The notes below the pieces were generated by a model, which saw nothing but the letters and a program-made list of their open reading frames with translations, was not told the DNA's origin and did not search any database. The translations under genes and the position numbers were made by a program. Below are positions 15,201-27,200 of a DNA stretch of 64,000 nucleotides, in pieces. Numbering within the stretch: position 1 is the first letter of the stretch; the number at the start of each line of letters is the position of its first letter. Origin of the DNA: Antedon mediterranea (lineage: Eukaryota; Animalia; Echinodermata); the NCBI RefSeq assembly GCF_964355755.1, contig NC_092677.1:23051175-23115174 (forward strand), in the 5' to 3' direction.

Positions 15201-18200
15201 ATGATACTTGTTCTTGATTTTCTTCTGCCTTTTTTAAAAACTTTTGCTTCTTTGAGTTTTGAATAGTCGGTCTCAAATGAGAAGTCCAGTTTCTTTTGCA
15301 TTTGTGCTTTTACAGGCATCATCTTTCCTCTACGTTTTAGCGAATGTTATAATTGGAAATGTTAGTTAATATTGCTGTTTTACAGAAATAGTAAAATAAA
15401 ATTATTTTTTCAGATACATATATAACATTCGCATATATACAACAAGAATCATTTGTTACAGTACATTTTTTGTAAATTGCGTATGTTTACTATGTACCTG
15501 CAACTTCGCGAAGATATGTTGTAAAGTTCTTCTATGCATTTTCTTCTAAAATTCTTGTATTTATACCTTCCTCCTTGCCGCTAAATCTAGGTTTAAGTAG
15601 ATGTGTTATTTTCCGGAACATTAATTGTTTTGGTTCTTCTTGCTGTAACAAAAAAACCAGCAACGGCACCAGCACCTAAAAGAAACATTTTTTTGTTATT
15701 TTATCCTCGTCCAATAGCGACCTAACAAGATTTATTCCTAATAATGAATGCTTTGCTATTATTGTAAAGGCTAAAAACGTCTTCTCTATACACCAACTCA
15801 GTAACTGCTGTGTTTACCTGTTGTGATGTAAATAAACACAATTCATTTTGTTGAGGTACAGGAAAAGGACCCATGTCTACCTTTGCAGTTCAATCAGGTA
15901 GCCCTCATAGGTTATTTGTTCTGCTAATTTGCCCCAAAACAGTCCTCCTGTCATTGTTCAAGTTATTGAAGGGTGATAGCAGTCGCCTTTGCTAGTGTGT
16001 TATATGATATTGTTGCTGATAGCGGCAAGTTAGCGTCTTCTGGCACTTTGTATGTTTTGCCATCATTGCCACTGTTCCTTCGACACACGACTTGGACGTA
16101 AAATGTCTAAGACGCGATAATGGCACTCCTCCCCAGTGACGTCGCTTTGTATTCCAGTGATGTCGAAAATAAGAATGTGGTGGTGGCGGCCGTCCAAACA
16201 ACGACCCAACACCCTCATTAGAAGTTGATCCTGCCTTGACCAGTCCGTGGATTGGACCGAATGATCCAATCCCACATTCCCAATTACTCGAACATCTCGA
16301 TCGGGATAAGGCCAGAAGCCTATCAAATTGGATCGTTGTCGAGTAGCCTAGAACCACTACTAATCTCACCGCATAGCCGTGCCTCGTCAATTTGCTGATC
16401 TCCCGCTCAGTGGGAAACGTGGTTGGATCACCAAACAGGGCAATTCCACCTTCCAACCGCACCACTCGCTCCACGTCCCAGAGGTCCGCACGCCGAGACA
16501 GTTGCAGGTTGAGATAAAAGCAGGCATTGACCACCTTGGCCGCTGAGCCAAACGAGGCCGATGTCCCCTGCATAACCAGTGGCGCCGCCGGGGCATCGCG
16601 CTTGGTCGGTCACTCTCAGTGTTCTTTTCCAGAGGCTTTCCTCTTCGTCTGCTTCTTTGCAGCTGAAGTCTGGTCCACTGCTGGCTCCTCAGTCCTATGA
16701 CCACACTCCTTTACCACATCTCCACCAAACAAGACGACGAGGGTACCTCAGTTGCTTTTTGTAACGACTTAGCACCTGTAATTTAACAAGCACCCACAAT
16801 TATTAAAAACTCATCTTTTTAAGGTATCTTTTGACTAATTTCTCTCTGTATATAATAATAATATAATTTTAAGAAGTTATTGAAGGGTGATAGCAGTCAC
16901 CTCTGCTAGTGCGTTATATGATATTGTTGGTGGTAGCAGCAAGTGTTCGTCTTCTAAATAAAAAGCTAGCAAGAGTGCGTCTTCTAAATAAAAAGCTAGC
17001 AAGTGTTCGTCTTCTAAATGAAAAGCTATGTCTTCTGGCACTTTGTATGTTTTGCCATCAGTGGTGACAATACTGTATCTAGTGTGTGCCTGAAAAGGTT
17101 TCGTACATAACTTGGCGTTCTCTTTCCATTTCTAATACAGCATTTGATGTTTGATTATTCTGTTTTTGTTGATAGTCAATCAGTTTTAAAATTGTCTTGT
17201 CAATGGCATCTTCCAATATAGATCACAGTAAAATCCATGCCATGAAATTAGGGGATGTTTAGCCAATTTTTAAACAAATTAAAATACAACATAATTACCG
17301 TCATATTTTGCTTCATTCTTATGCTCTGTACTTTTCATTTCTACTTTTTTTTGGTGCGAAGCCTTCATCCAGCGAGCCATCAAGCAGCGAGTTCTCATTC
17401 TGCACTAGCGGTGGAACTTCCAATGATGTGTCAGAATCTGTTAAACAAATATAAAGATCTGATTTGAATTTTGATTCTCATTATTTTAAATGTTTTTGTA
17501 CTCAACAATGTAATTTAATAGCAATAGTTAGGCCATACCTCTGTTTTCTTCATCCAGGCTTGTTGAGTCCAACCCTGATGAACCAGGTTCAGCGTGATTT
17601 AGCGGCTCTGAAACCTCCCCCTCGTGAACCTCTTCATCTGACCCACTCAAATCGGCGTCCATGTGGGGGTAGGCCTTTACATTATTCATTGGTCTTCTCC
17701 CTGCGGTGAATGCAACATAAGTATTAAATTCATATTTTACAATTCCTGAAAAATTGTTACTATAAAATAGTTTAAATTATTTATTTATTTATTTATTTAT
17801 AAACATATTTCCACTGGATAACAATATCAACGTTGTCCCACAAAGGAGACATTGTTGTTTTTCAAAAGGTCCAGCATAAAACATTACAACATACATGTAC
17901 ATAGTTTCTTAAATATATCTATATATATCTATGTCTGTCTATTACCATCTCGATTTCATTATAAAGTCTATCTTGTACAGCACCACGGACACACTTATAC
18001 ATAAGGGTAGCAAGGGAGTAATTTCTTCTCTGCTCAAAACTTTGCCAAGATAATTGGCAAACTATGTTTACCATTAAAAAAAATATTAATATCACCATCT
18101 GGGCTAGAATGTTGCCCTCGAATTAACATAACTTTTGTTTTCCCTAGGTTTATACTGAGTTTGTTGTCCTCATACCATGAATTGACATTATCCATAATAG

Positions 18201-21200
18201 TTCGAAGTTTTTGATTGATTTCGTTTGTTGAACTCCCGTTAACATAGATAGCAACATTGTCAGCAAATATACTACAAGAACCAGGAGAGATGTACTGTGA
18301 AATATCATTAATAAATATTAAAAATAAAATAGGACCTAACGAACTTCCCTAGGGTATACCTATGTCAATATTGGTTGCTTTGGATTTACTACCGTTGCAA
18401 ACAACAATTTGTTTTCTATTGCTTAGATAATTTCTATTTCGACAGTATTGAATCCATAGTGTGAAAGTTTATTTATTAAAATAGAATGATCAATGATGTC
18501 GAAACACTTTGAAATATCAAGGAAACATACGCCCACCATTTTGGATTCATCAAGAATTTCTAGCCAATCATCAATCACTCTATGGAGGCAATTTATTGTG
18601 GAATGGTTTTTCCTAAAAGCAAATTGATCAACATTCATGACATCATGTTCACTAAAGTATTTAACTATTTGTTTTTGAATTTCTTTTTCTACTAACTTAC
18701 CGATATGACACACAACTGATATTGGCCTGTAATTTTACATTGTTTGTTTGCAGCCATTCCCTTTATAGATTGGTGTGGTCTATCTTTGCTACTTTCCAGT
18801 ATAATCTTTGTAATAAATTGTCTTCATTAGATATCAACTTCCATTTATCTGTACAATGAGTATTGGTGATGAATCTGTAGATAGGTTTCGAGAAGCAAGA
18901 CAACTCTTGGATGACATTGATGCTGCTGCCATGTTGAAGATCTCATGGCATGTGGCCAGAGCTGGTAGCTTGGAAGAACTTGCTGCAAAACTCAACAGAA
19001 AAGACAAAGACACCTCAAAGTTGGTTCATTTTCATATTGGCATATTTATGTTTTTTAAATTTATTTTGTATTAACTAATTAATTTTGAATATTTTATTTT
19101 TGAAGTACAGTTGGCCATTTGTAATGAATAAATGTTTCTTTCCAAGGAAGAACTTCGACACAGAAAATAATGTAGAAATAAAATAAATAAAATTGATTTC
19201 TTGCAGATTCAGCCCAGAACTAGTGATGAATGAAACAGATAACACTGTCTTCCTTACAACTTACACTCAAGCATTCCTAGCACATTGCTTGGGACGAATT
19301 CGCTCTGCTCAGTCACATCACAGTGTTAGGCAAGCACTTAGAAATGTAACGCAAGCTGTTCAAGTGTTTAATCTCAAGCCAAACATCAACATTAGGCCAT
19401 ATATTGGTTATGACATTGAGCCATTGATGATGGAACTTACAGAAACCATTGGAAGGTATATTATTTATGTATTATTCATTTTATAGTTTGCAATGTAATT
19501 GCTCCCAATCGCTGTTCTTGGACGTAATCAGACACATTTTTATTGTAGTAGGGATATAGTATGTCTTCAGGTCACAGAGGGCTATATTTTTTACTGTGCC
19601 CCATTGAAAGCCCAGTAAATATTTTATTATTATTTATTATGTTTTATATACCGTACCATGGAATTCGGCTGTAGGCACTGAACATGCATGAACTTGGCCT
19701 AGCAGAGTGGCACAGTTTGGCTGCTGTAGGCACTGAACATGCATGAACTTGGCCTAGCAGAGTGGCACAGTTTTGCTGCTGTAGGCACTGAACATGCCTG
19801 AACTTGGCCTAGCAGAGTGGCACAGTTTGGCTGCTGTAGGCACTGAACATGCATGAACTTGGCCTAGCTAGAGTGGCACAGTTTTGCTGCGAAGTAGCAA
19901 ACATTAACAAAAGGCAATTGATAATTCGTGGCTTCCATATATGCAATAAATTTTTCCCAAGCATACTTTTATTTATTTCTTCATATTTTAACTAGCCTCT
20001 AAATAATTTTTCTTTAATATTTTATATTTCATTGTGTACCCACAGATTATGGCATAATGTTAATATAGAAATATCAATCTATAATTTCTATAATATTGTA
20101 CAGTGTGTTAACACTCATGATTTTTTTTTCACAAGATTTTTGTTGGTTATACCGGCCAGCCCAGAAGATGAACTCCTATTGGGTGAAGTGCTACAACTTC
20201 TAAGATCATTGATAATGTCAACCAATGAAATCTCACAAAAGATGAGAATATGGTTAGGGGATGCAATAGGTCAAGGAGAGACAGCACTGGTGAACCTATT
20301 ACAGAAGCGATCTGCAGGCCCACGTGGTGACCAAGAGCACAGTGATAAGGTTGTTGCTGAGAGATACCTTCATAAACAGCTCTGGCTTCTTATCCATTCC
20401 TTCGTTCAGAAGTTACCGATGTCGTCGGAAGCATGGTATGTAAATTTTACATACCGTAACGGTAAGGTTTTCAAAATGTGAATATTATTTAAATATTTAC
20501 TGGGCTTTCATTGGGGCATGGTTCAAAATATACACCAAGGTGATGTGGAGACTATTATGGCAAGCCAAGTCCGACAAAAGTCCTAATCCATACCATTGAA
20601 CAACAATGACCATTCATGTAAAAAATCAACGTAAACCTACATCATTCACCGTCTAGCCACACCATTTGTTATCAGGTGCAGGTTGAGATTGTCGGATAAA
20701 TACTTGTTCCTTCAATGAATGTTATCCTTGGTTCCATAACAAATCCAAAGATAGGGGAGTTAGTTGTGCCAGTTACGAATTGCAGGACTTTTTTCAAACT
20801 TAAACCAAAAAAAAACACAAAACAAATGCAATGTACTTTATGTGCGCTGGAGTGCTGTAAGAAACAATAGCAGTTGTTACAATACCTACCAGCTACTTCC
20901 ATTATATATTTGATGAATTTTGAATAATAATATTCGGTATATCTTTATTTAAAAAAAGTCAAATGACACAAACAGCCGATGGCTGAAACGGTAGTCGTAC
21001 ATTATAAATATAAATATACAAAACAGGTAAAATATAAAATATTTAAAAAAGAAGATATCAAAATAACATTACAAAACATTACCTTCATTTAACAGTCTAG
21101 CCATAGTAGACTGTCTCTTCCTTTACTCTCCCATTTGAGCCTCGCTCAGAAAACTATGATTTCAATATGCATAGTACCATCTTTGTTAGTATTTTCTGTG

Positions 21201-24200
21201 CTGTCGGATGCATCAAAAAGACCACAAATGGTTCACCTGCATAAGCTAATTAAATTTAAAAAAAACATTGTATTGGTTATACAGTTTGGAAAAAGCATAT
21301 ACAAATGCAAACCAATTTGATTTATCAATCACACCAATTACAACACCAAGTCCTTGTGAACAAGGATGTGCCACCTTTAAGATGGATGAATTTGCTTATG
21401 GTTATCAGTGGTAATTTGCATAAATATTCAAATGAAATAAATTAAAGCATACGGCATAAATTAAATTCTTGCGTCAATTAGACCAAGCTTATCAAATCCC
21501 TCTCTAAACTGTTTCTGATATTCAGAAAGTGCAAAGGTGCTCGATGCCCGTCTCCATTATGTTAACGCGTGATGCAAAAATGTAGCCAATGTTTCTCCTT
21601 CCAACATATCGTTTTCCGTCTAATCAAGCGGTCGACCGAACAAAAAATGGGTTTGATAATTTATCAAAATTTCGGCCGGATCTTGAATATTTAGTCTGTA
21701 CAAAATATGAATGTTTACGGCTAATGTTTGAATTATGGTCTATTGCTGCCAATTGGGTTCTGGCAAGTATGGTTTTGTATGGGAAGTGTAGTCGCTTCGG
21801 ACAGTATTTTAGCATCGTCGAATGGTAGGACTCTAAATTGCCTGTATGGCAAAATTTTATGCCAGGTAGAGCATTCAGCAAACCTGTGTCCATAACAACA
21901 CTCGGCAAATCAAAAAATCGAGAGCAGTACTATATGTGTCTTACCACACATAGAATCCACCCCATTAGTTCTTCAGATTTTTCCAGTTTTGCTTTTTCGA
22001 CCAATTTCTCCTTATATTCTTGCCATACATCAAGTTGGTTATCAATGTCTTTGTAGTGGTCTCTTAACAGACATTTAATCCGATCAGTCGCTATGGTTGA
22101 TATGGCATTATCATTATTAAGGATGCGATTAATGGTGCGACAAAATCCTTCCTTCTCCATTGCAACTGAGTTTTTTACCTCGCTGGATTGAACAAGTTCA
22201 AAATCAATCTTGCCAGTATTTTGCTCCATCAAAGTGTACGTGCCATATTTCGCATATATGGGTTTCATCTTGAGGGGTTTCATTTTCAGGGTAACATACG
22301 GGTGATTTCATTCTGAGACGTTTCGTCGAAATGTGTTTCATCTAATTCGCTCTCTGAACTTGTGATTTCTCTCTTAAGTTACAAATAAAAAAAAAGAATA
22401 ATTATCGGTTTATAAATATCTTAATAAACGATTTATTGTAATGGAAATTTGGTGAAAATTTAATTTCACTAATTTCTTTATAATATAGATATCATACAAT
22501 GCATCTTCCTCATGTTATTGTCTGCATTGCAATGCTTCCGCTGATGTTATTGTGTTGTAGTATGTCACTGTAAAATTGTTCACTTTTGATACCGATATCT
22601 AACAATTAAGGTTGTTTAATATCAAATTAAAAAAATTACCCTGCAGAATTCCAAATGCTCCTTCATTTTACTCATTTCCAATCTCGCACTACATTCTATG
22701 CAGTTGGTTTCCGCTTCTTTAGTCTCATCTACATCGCTTTCAATATCACGTTGTAATGGCCTCAGATTTAATTTTCCACCACCAAAACTTCTGAGGGAAT
22801 CGACTGAACATGGCCCATAATGACCCATTTCAACCGTTCCCTAAATGAGGTAGTTAACTTGCTAATTAGCCGATCTATGTGCGAACCACACTGTAACTCA
22901 TAACCTTTTGCACCTTGTACAGATGTGAGCATTCCCACAAGAAATTGTACTGAAAGGCCAAAGGCTTCGAGGGCTTCGGCATCATAGCTCTTTACCGCAG
23001 ATAATTGCTTTATTTGACCAATCGCGCTTTCCACCAGTTGCCTTGGTTGGCCATACTTTTCTTGAAGCGCTGACATGGCCTTAGTGTACGGTTTAGCTTC
23101 ATGAATATATGCCTCAGCTAACCTCTTGCTATTACCCTCCAGTCGTCCAAGTAAAACTTGGTATTTGTAAGTATCGGTGAGGCTCGGATATACTTCAATC
23201 AGGATGTCAAGACTATCTACTTACTCCTTTCCAAAACAAGCATTGATGAGACAGGTTTTACCCACACCTTCCTGTCCAATCACTTTAAACATTCCAAGAT
23301 TCACTTCAAAAATCTGATATACTTCAGACTGTCGAGTGCAATTTTAAGGAGGGCAAATTCCTTTTCCCTTACACTGCCAAATAAGGGTAGTGTAGGTTTT
23401 GGTGTTTCATACAAAACTGGTGGAGAAGGATTGATTGAACTACTAGGTTGAAGACTGGTTATTTAGTTCAGTTGACTGTAGGTGATGGCCCGGGTGATGC
23501 CATGACTTCATCTGTGTTTGGTTCACAGTCTGGAGCAATTATTTTGACTTCTAATTGAGTGGGTGGAGCTGGTTGGTCTCGGCAATAATGTATTTGGGTA
23601 ATTTGCAAGAGGGTAAACCTTTCCCTGGACCTCAGCTAACCCTGTCTCCTGGTCATTTTCTTTTTCGTCTTTGATGTCATCTACAACTTGTTTGTGTAGA
23701 GCAACTAGGTTAACGAAGGCAGTTTCAACTATTCCAAATTGGTCTTGTACTTGTTAATTAACATTAAGAAAGTAATTACTTACAAATAAATGCTCCTGCA
23801 TATTACCTTATTGAATTGAAAATCTTAAATACATTTCTAACATCATATAATTTGAATTATAGTATACTTAAATATAATGGTAATCATACATATTTTAATT
23901 TAAATTATAAATATAAATATACAAAACAGGTAAAATATAAAATATTTAAAAAAGAAGATATCAAAATAACATTACAAAACATTACCTTCATTTAACAGTC
24001 TAGCCATAGTAGACTGTCTCTTCCTTTACTCTCCCATTTGAGCCTCGCTCAGAAAACTATGATTTCAATATGCATAGTACCATCTTTGTTAGTATTTTCT
24101 GTGCTGTCGGATGCATCAAAAAGACCACAAATGGTTCACCTGCATAAGCTAATTAAATTTTTAAAAAAACATTGTATTGGTTATACAGTTTGGAAAAAGC

Positions 24201-27200
24201 ATATACAAATGCAAACCAATTTGATTTATCAATCACACCAATTACAACACCAAGTCCTTGTGAACAAGGATGTGCCACCTTTAAGATGGATGAATTTGCT
24301 TATGGTTATCAGTGGTAATTTGCATAAATATTCAAATAAAATAAATTAAATGCATACGGCATAAATTAAATTCTTACGTCAATTAGACCAAGCTTATCAA
24401 ATCCCTCTCTAAACTGTTTCTGATATTCAGAAAGTGCAAAGGTGCTCGATGAAACTAGGCTTTTAATTTCCGACTCTACCAGAAAGCAAGGCAATGGTCC
24501 ATTCTGTAGCATAGATAAACCTATTTACAAAAAGTCACTATTTAAAAAGAATAATATTTTATATTTTATTGTGTGCACCTCCGTTGGCCCTATAGCAAAG
24601 CACTCCCGGAAAAATGAATTACATTTTAACTTATGCGTGTATTTAGTTATTGTTGTTGATTTCCTTGCATGCACAATCGCTTGGTCATTTCAATGAATCA
24701 AATAAATACAATCAAATATGTGGAAAAAACATTTTGAACTAGAAAAGCGTACCGCATAGAAGGCCTGCACCGTAGTAGTGCCTATTCCTTCGGCCGTCTA
24801 GATCTTCCTTAAACATTCTGCTCTTTTCATTTAATGATGTTCTGGAGCATCATAAACAGAAACTCCTCTCTTGGCCCTACGGCATCCACAGCCTCTTCTC
24901 TTTAGAAAGTAACTTCTAACGGGCATCTAAAACTATAAAAACCAGCACTCTGGCTGATAACTTCGGGCATGCCCGTCTCCATTATGTTAACATGTGATGT
25001 AAAAATGTAGCCAATGTTTCTCCTTCCAACATATCGTTTTCCGTCTGGTCAAGCGGTCGACCGAGCAAAAAATGGGTTTGATAATTTATCAAAATTTCGG
25101 CCGGATCTTGAATATTTAGTCTGTACAAAATATGAATGTTTACGGCTAATGTTTGAATTATGGTCGATCACTGCCAATTGGGTTCTGGCAAGTATGATTT
25201 TGTATGGGAAGTGTAGTCGCTTCGGACAGTATTTTAGCATCATCGAATGGTAGGACTCTAAATTGCCTGTATGGCAAAATTTTATGCCAGGTAGAGCATT
25301 CAGCAAACCTGTGTCCATAACAACACTCTGCAAATCAAAAAATCGAGAGCAGTACTATGTGTCTTACCACACATAGAATCCACCCCATTAGTTCTTCAGA
25401 TTTTTCCCGTTTTGCTTTTTCGACCAATTTCTCCTTATATTCTTGCCATACATCAAGTTGGCTATCAATGTCTTTGTAGTGGTCTCTTAACAGACATTTA
25501 ATCCGATCAGTCGCTATGGTTGATATGGCATTATCATTATTAAGGATGCGATTAATGCGACAAAATCCTTCCTTCTCCATTGCAACTGAGTTTTTTACCT
25601 CGCTGGATTGAACAAGTTCAAAATCAATCTTGCCAGTATCTTGCTCCATCAAAGTGTACGTGCCATATTTCGCATATATGGGTTTCATCTTGAGGGGTTT
25701 CATTTTCAGGGGTTACGTTCTGAGAGGTAACATACGAGTGATTTCATTCTGAGACGTTTCGTCGAAATGTGTTTCATCTAATTCGCTCTCTGAACTTGTG
25801 ATTTCTCTCTTAAGTTACAAATAAAAAAAAAAAGAATATTTATCGGTTTATAAATATCTTAATAAACGATTTATTGTAATGGAAATTTGGTGAAAATTTA
25901 ATTTCACTTATTTCTTTATAATATAGATAATCATACAATGCATCTTCCTCATGTTATTGTCTGCATTGCAATGCTTCCGCTGATGTTATTGTGTTGTGGT
26001 ATGTCACTGTAAAATTGTTAACTTTTGATACCGATATCTAACAATTAAGGTTGTTTAATATCAAATTAAAAAAATTACCCTGCAGAATTCCAAATGCTCC
26101 TTCATTTTACTCATTTCCAATCTCACACTACATTCTATGCAGTTGGTTTCCGCTTCTTTTAGTCTCATCTACATCGCTTTCAATATCACGTTGTAATGGC
26201 ATCAGATTTAATTTTCCACCACCAAAACTTCTGAGGGAATCGACTGAACATGGCCCATAATGAACCATTTCAACCGTTCCCTAAATGAGGTAGTTAACTT
26301 GCTAATTAGCCGATCTATGTGCGAACCACACTGTAACTCATAACCTTTTGCACCTTGTACAGATGTTAGCATTCCCACAAGAAATTGTACTGAAAGGCCA
26401 AAGGCTTCGAGGGCTTCGGCATCATAGCTCTTTACCGCAGATAATTGCTTTATTTGACCAATCGCGCTTTCCACCAGTTGCCTTGGTTGGCCATACTTTT
26501 CTTGAAGCGCTGACATGGCCTTAGTGTACGGTTTAGCTTCATGAATATATGCCTCAGCTAACCTCTTGCTATTACCCTCCAGTCGTCCAAGTAAAACTTG
26601 GAATTCGTAAGTATCGGTGAGGCTCGGATATACTTCAATCAGGATGTCGAGACTATCTACTTACTCCTTTCCAAAACAAGCATTGATGAGACAGGTTTTA
26701 CCCACACCTTCCTGTCCAATCACTTTAAACATTCCAAGATTCACTTCAATAATCTGATATACTTCAGACTGTCGAGTGCAATTTTAAGGAGGGCAAATTC
26801 CTTTTCCCTTACACTGCCAAATAAGGGTAGTGTAGGTTTTGGTGTTTCATACAAAACTGGTGGAGAAGGTTTGATTGAACTACTAGGTTGAAGACTGGTT
26901 ATTTAGTTCAGTTGACTGTAGGTGATGGCCCGGGTGATGCCATGACTTCATCTGTGTTTGGTTCACAGTCTGGAGCAATTATTTTGACTTCTAATTGAGT
27001 GGGTGGAGCTGGTTGGTCTCGGCAATAATCTATTTGGGTAATTTGCAAGAGGGTAAACCTTTCCCTGGACCTCGGCTAACCCTGTCTCCTGGTCATTTTC
27101 TTTGATATGAAATCTGTTTATTAGGTAAGTTGGTGCTAAATTATTGGTAATTTTGAACATAGTGATGGCTTCATTTATATACAAACGTTTCTCAAGATTA

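Larger units (their letters stand above)
20600..26260 (-). pseudogene. Fragmented intron-containing HECT E3 ligase gene (G2E3-like), partly duplicated and interrupted
   Basis: N-terminal LRPLQRDI..CIEC..MKEHLEFC (22828-22640; second copy ~26260-26080). EVTF*REEAVDAVGPREEF and HYYGAG (24930-24750). GLSMLQNGPLPCFL..QFREGFDKLGL (24520-24380). C-lobe VLQFVTGTTNSPIFGF..PRITF..YPTISTC (20800-20675). Confidence 0.65.
21002..27103. repeat. Recent tandem segmental duplication (21002-23663 vs 23904-27103)
   Basis: Near-identical paired ORFs in the track (21624/25049, 21930/25335, 22768/26208, 23158/26598). Copy 1 lacks ~520 bp present at 24451-24968. Confidence 0.92.

Noticed and set aside
15992-16573. 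193-aa ORF, the longest in the track
   Set aside because: GC-rich interior of a deleted LTR element; overlapping ORFs in several frames and no coherent protein.
16928-17030. 30-bp repeat x3 as possible array
   Set aside because: Simple tandem expansion inside an LTR-like direct repeat.
19668-19890. Regular repeats resembling a CRISPR array
   Set aside because: Head-to-tail 55-bp units with no unique spacers, no cas genes, and a eukaryotic intron context.
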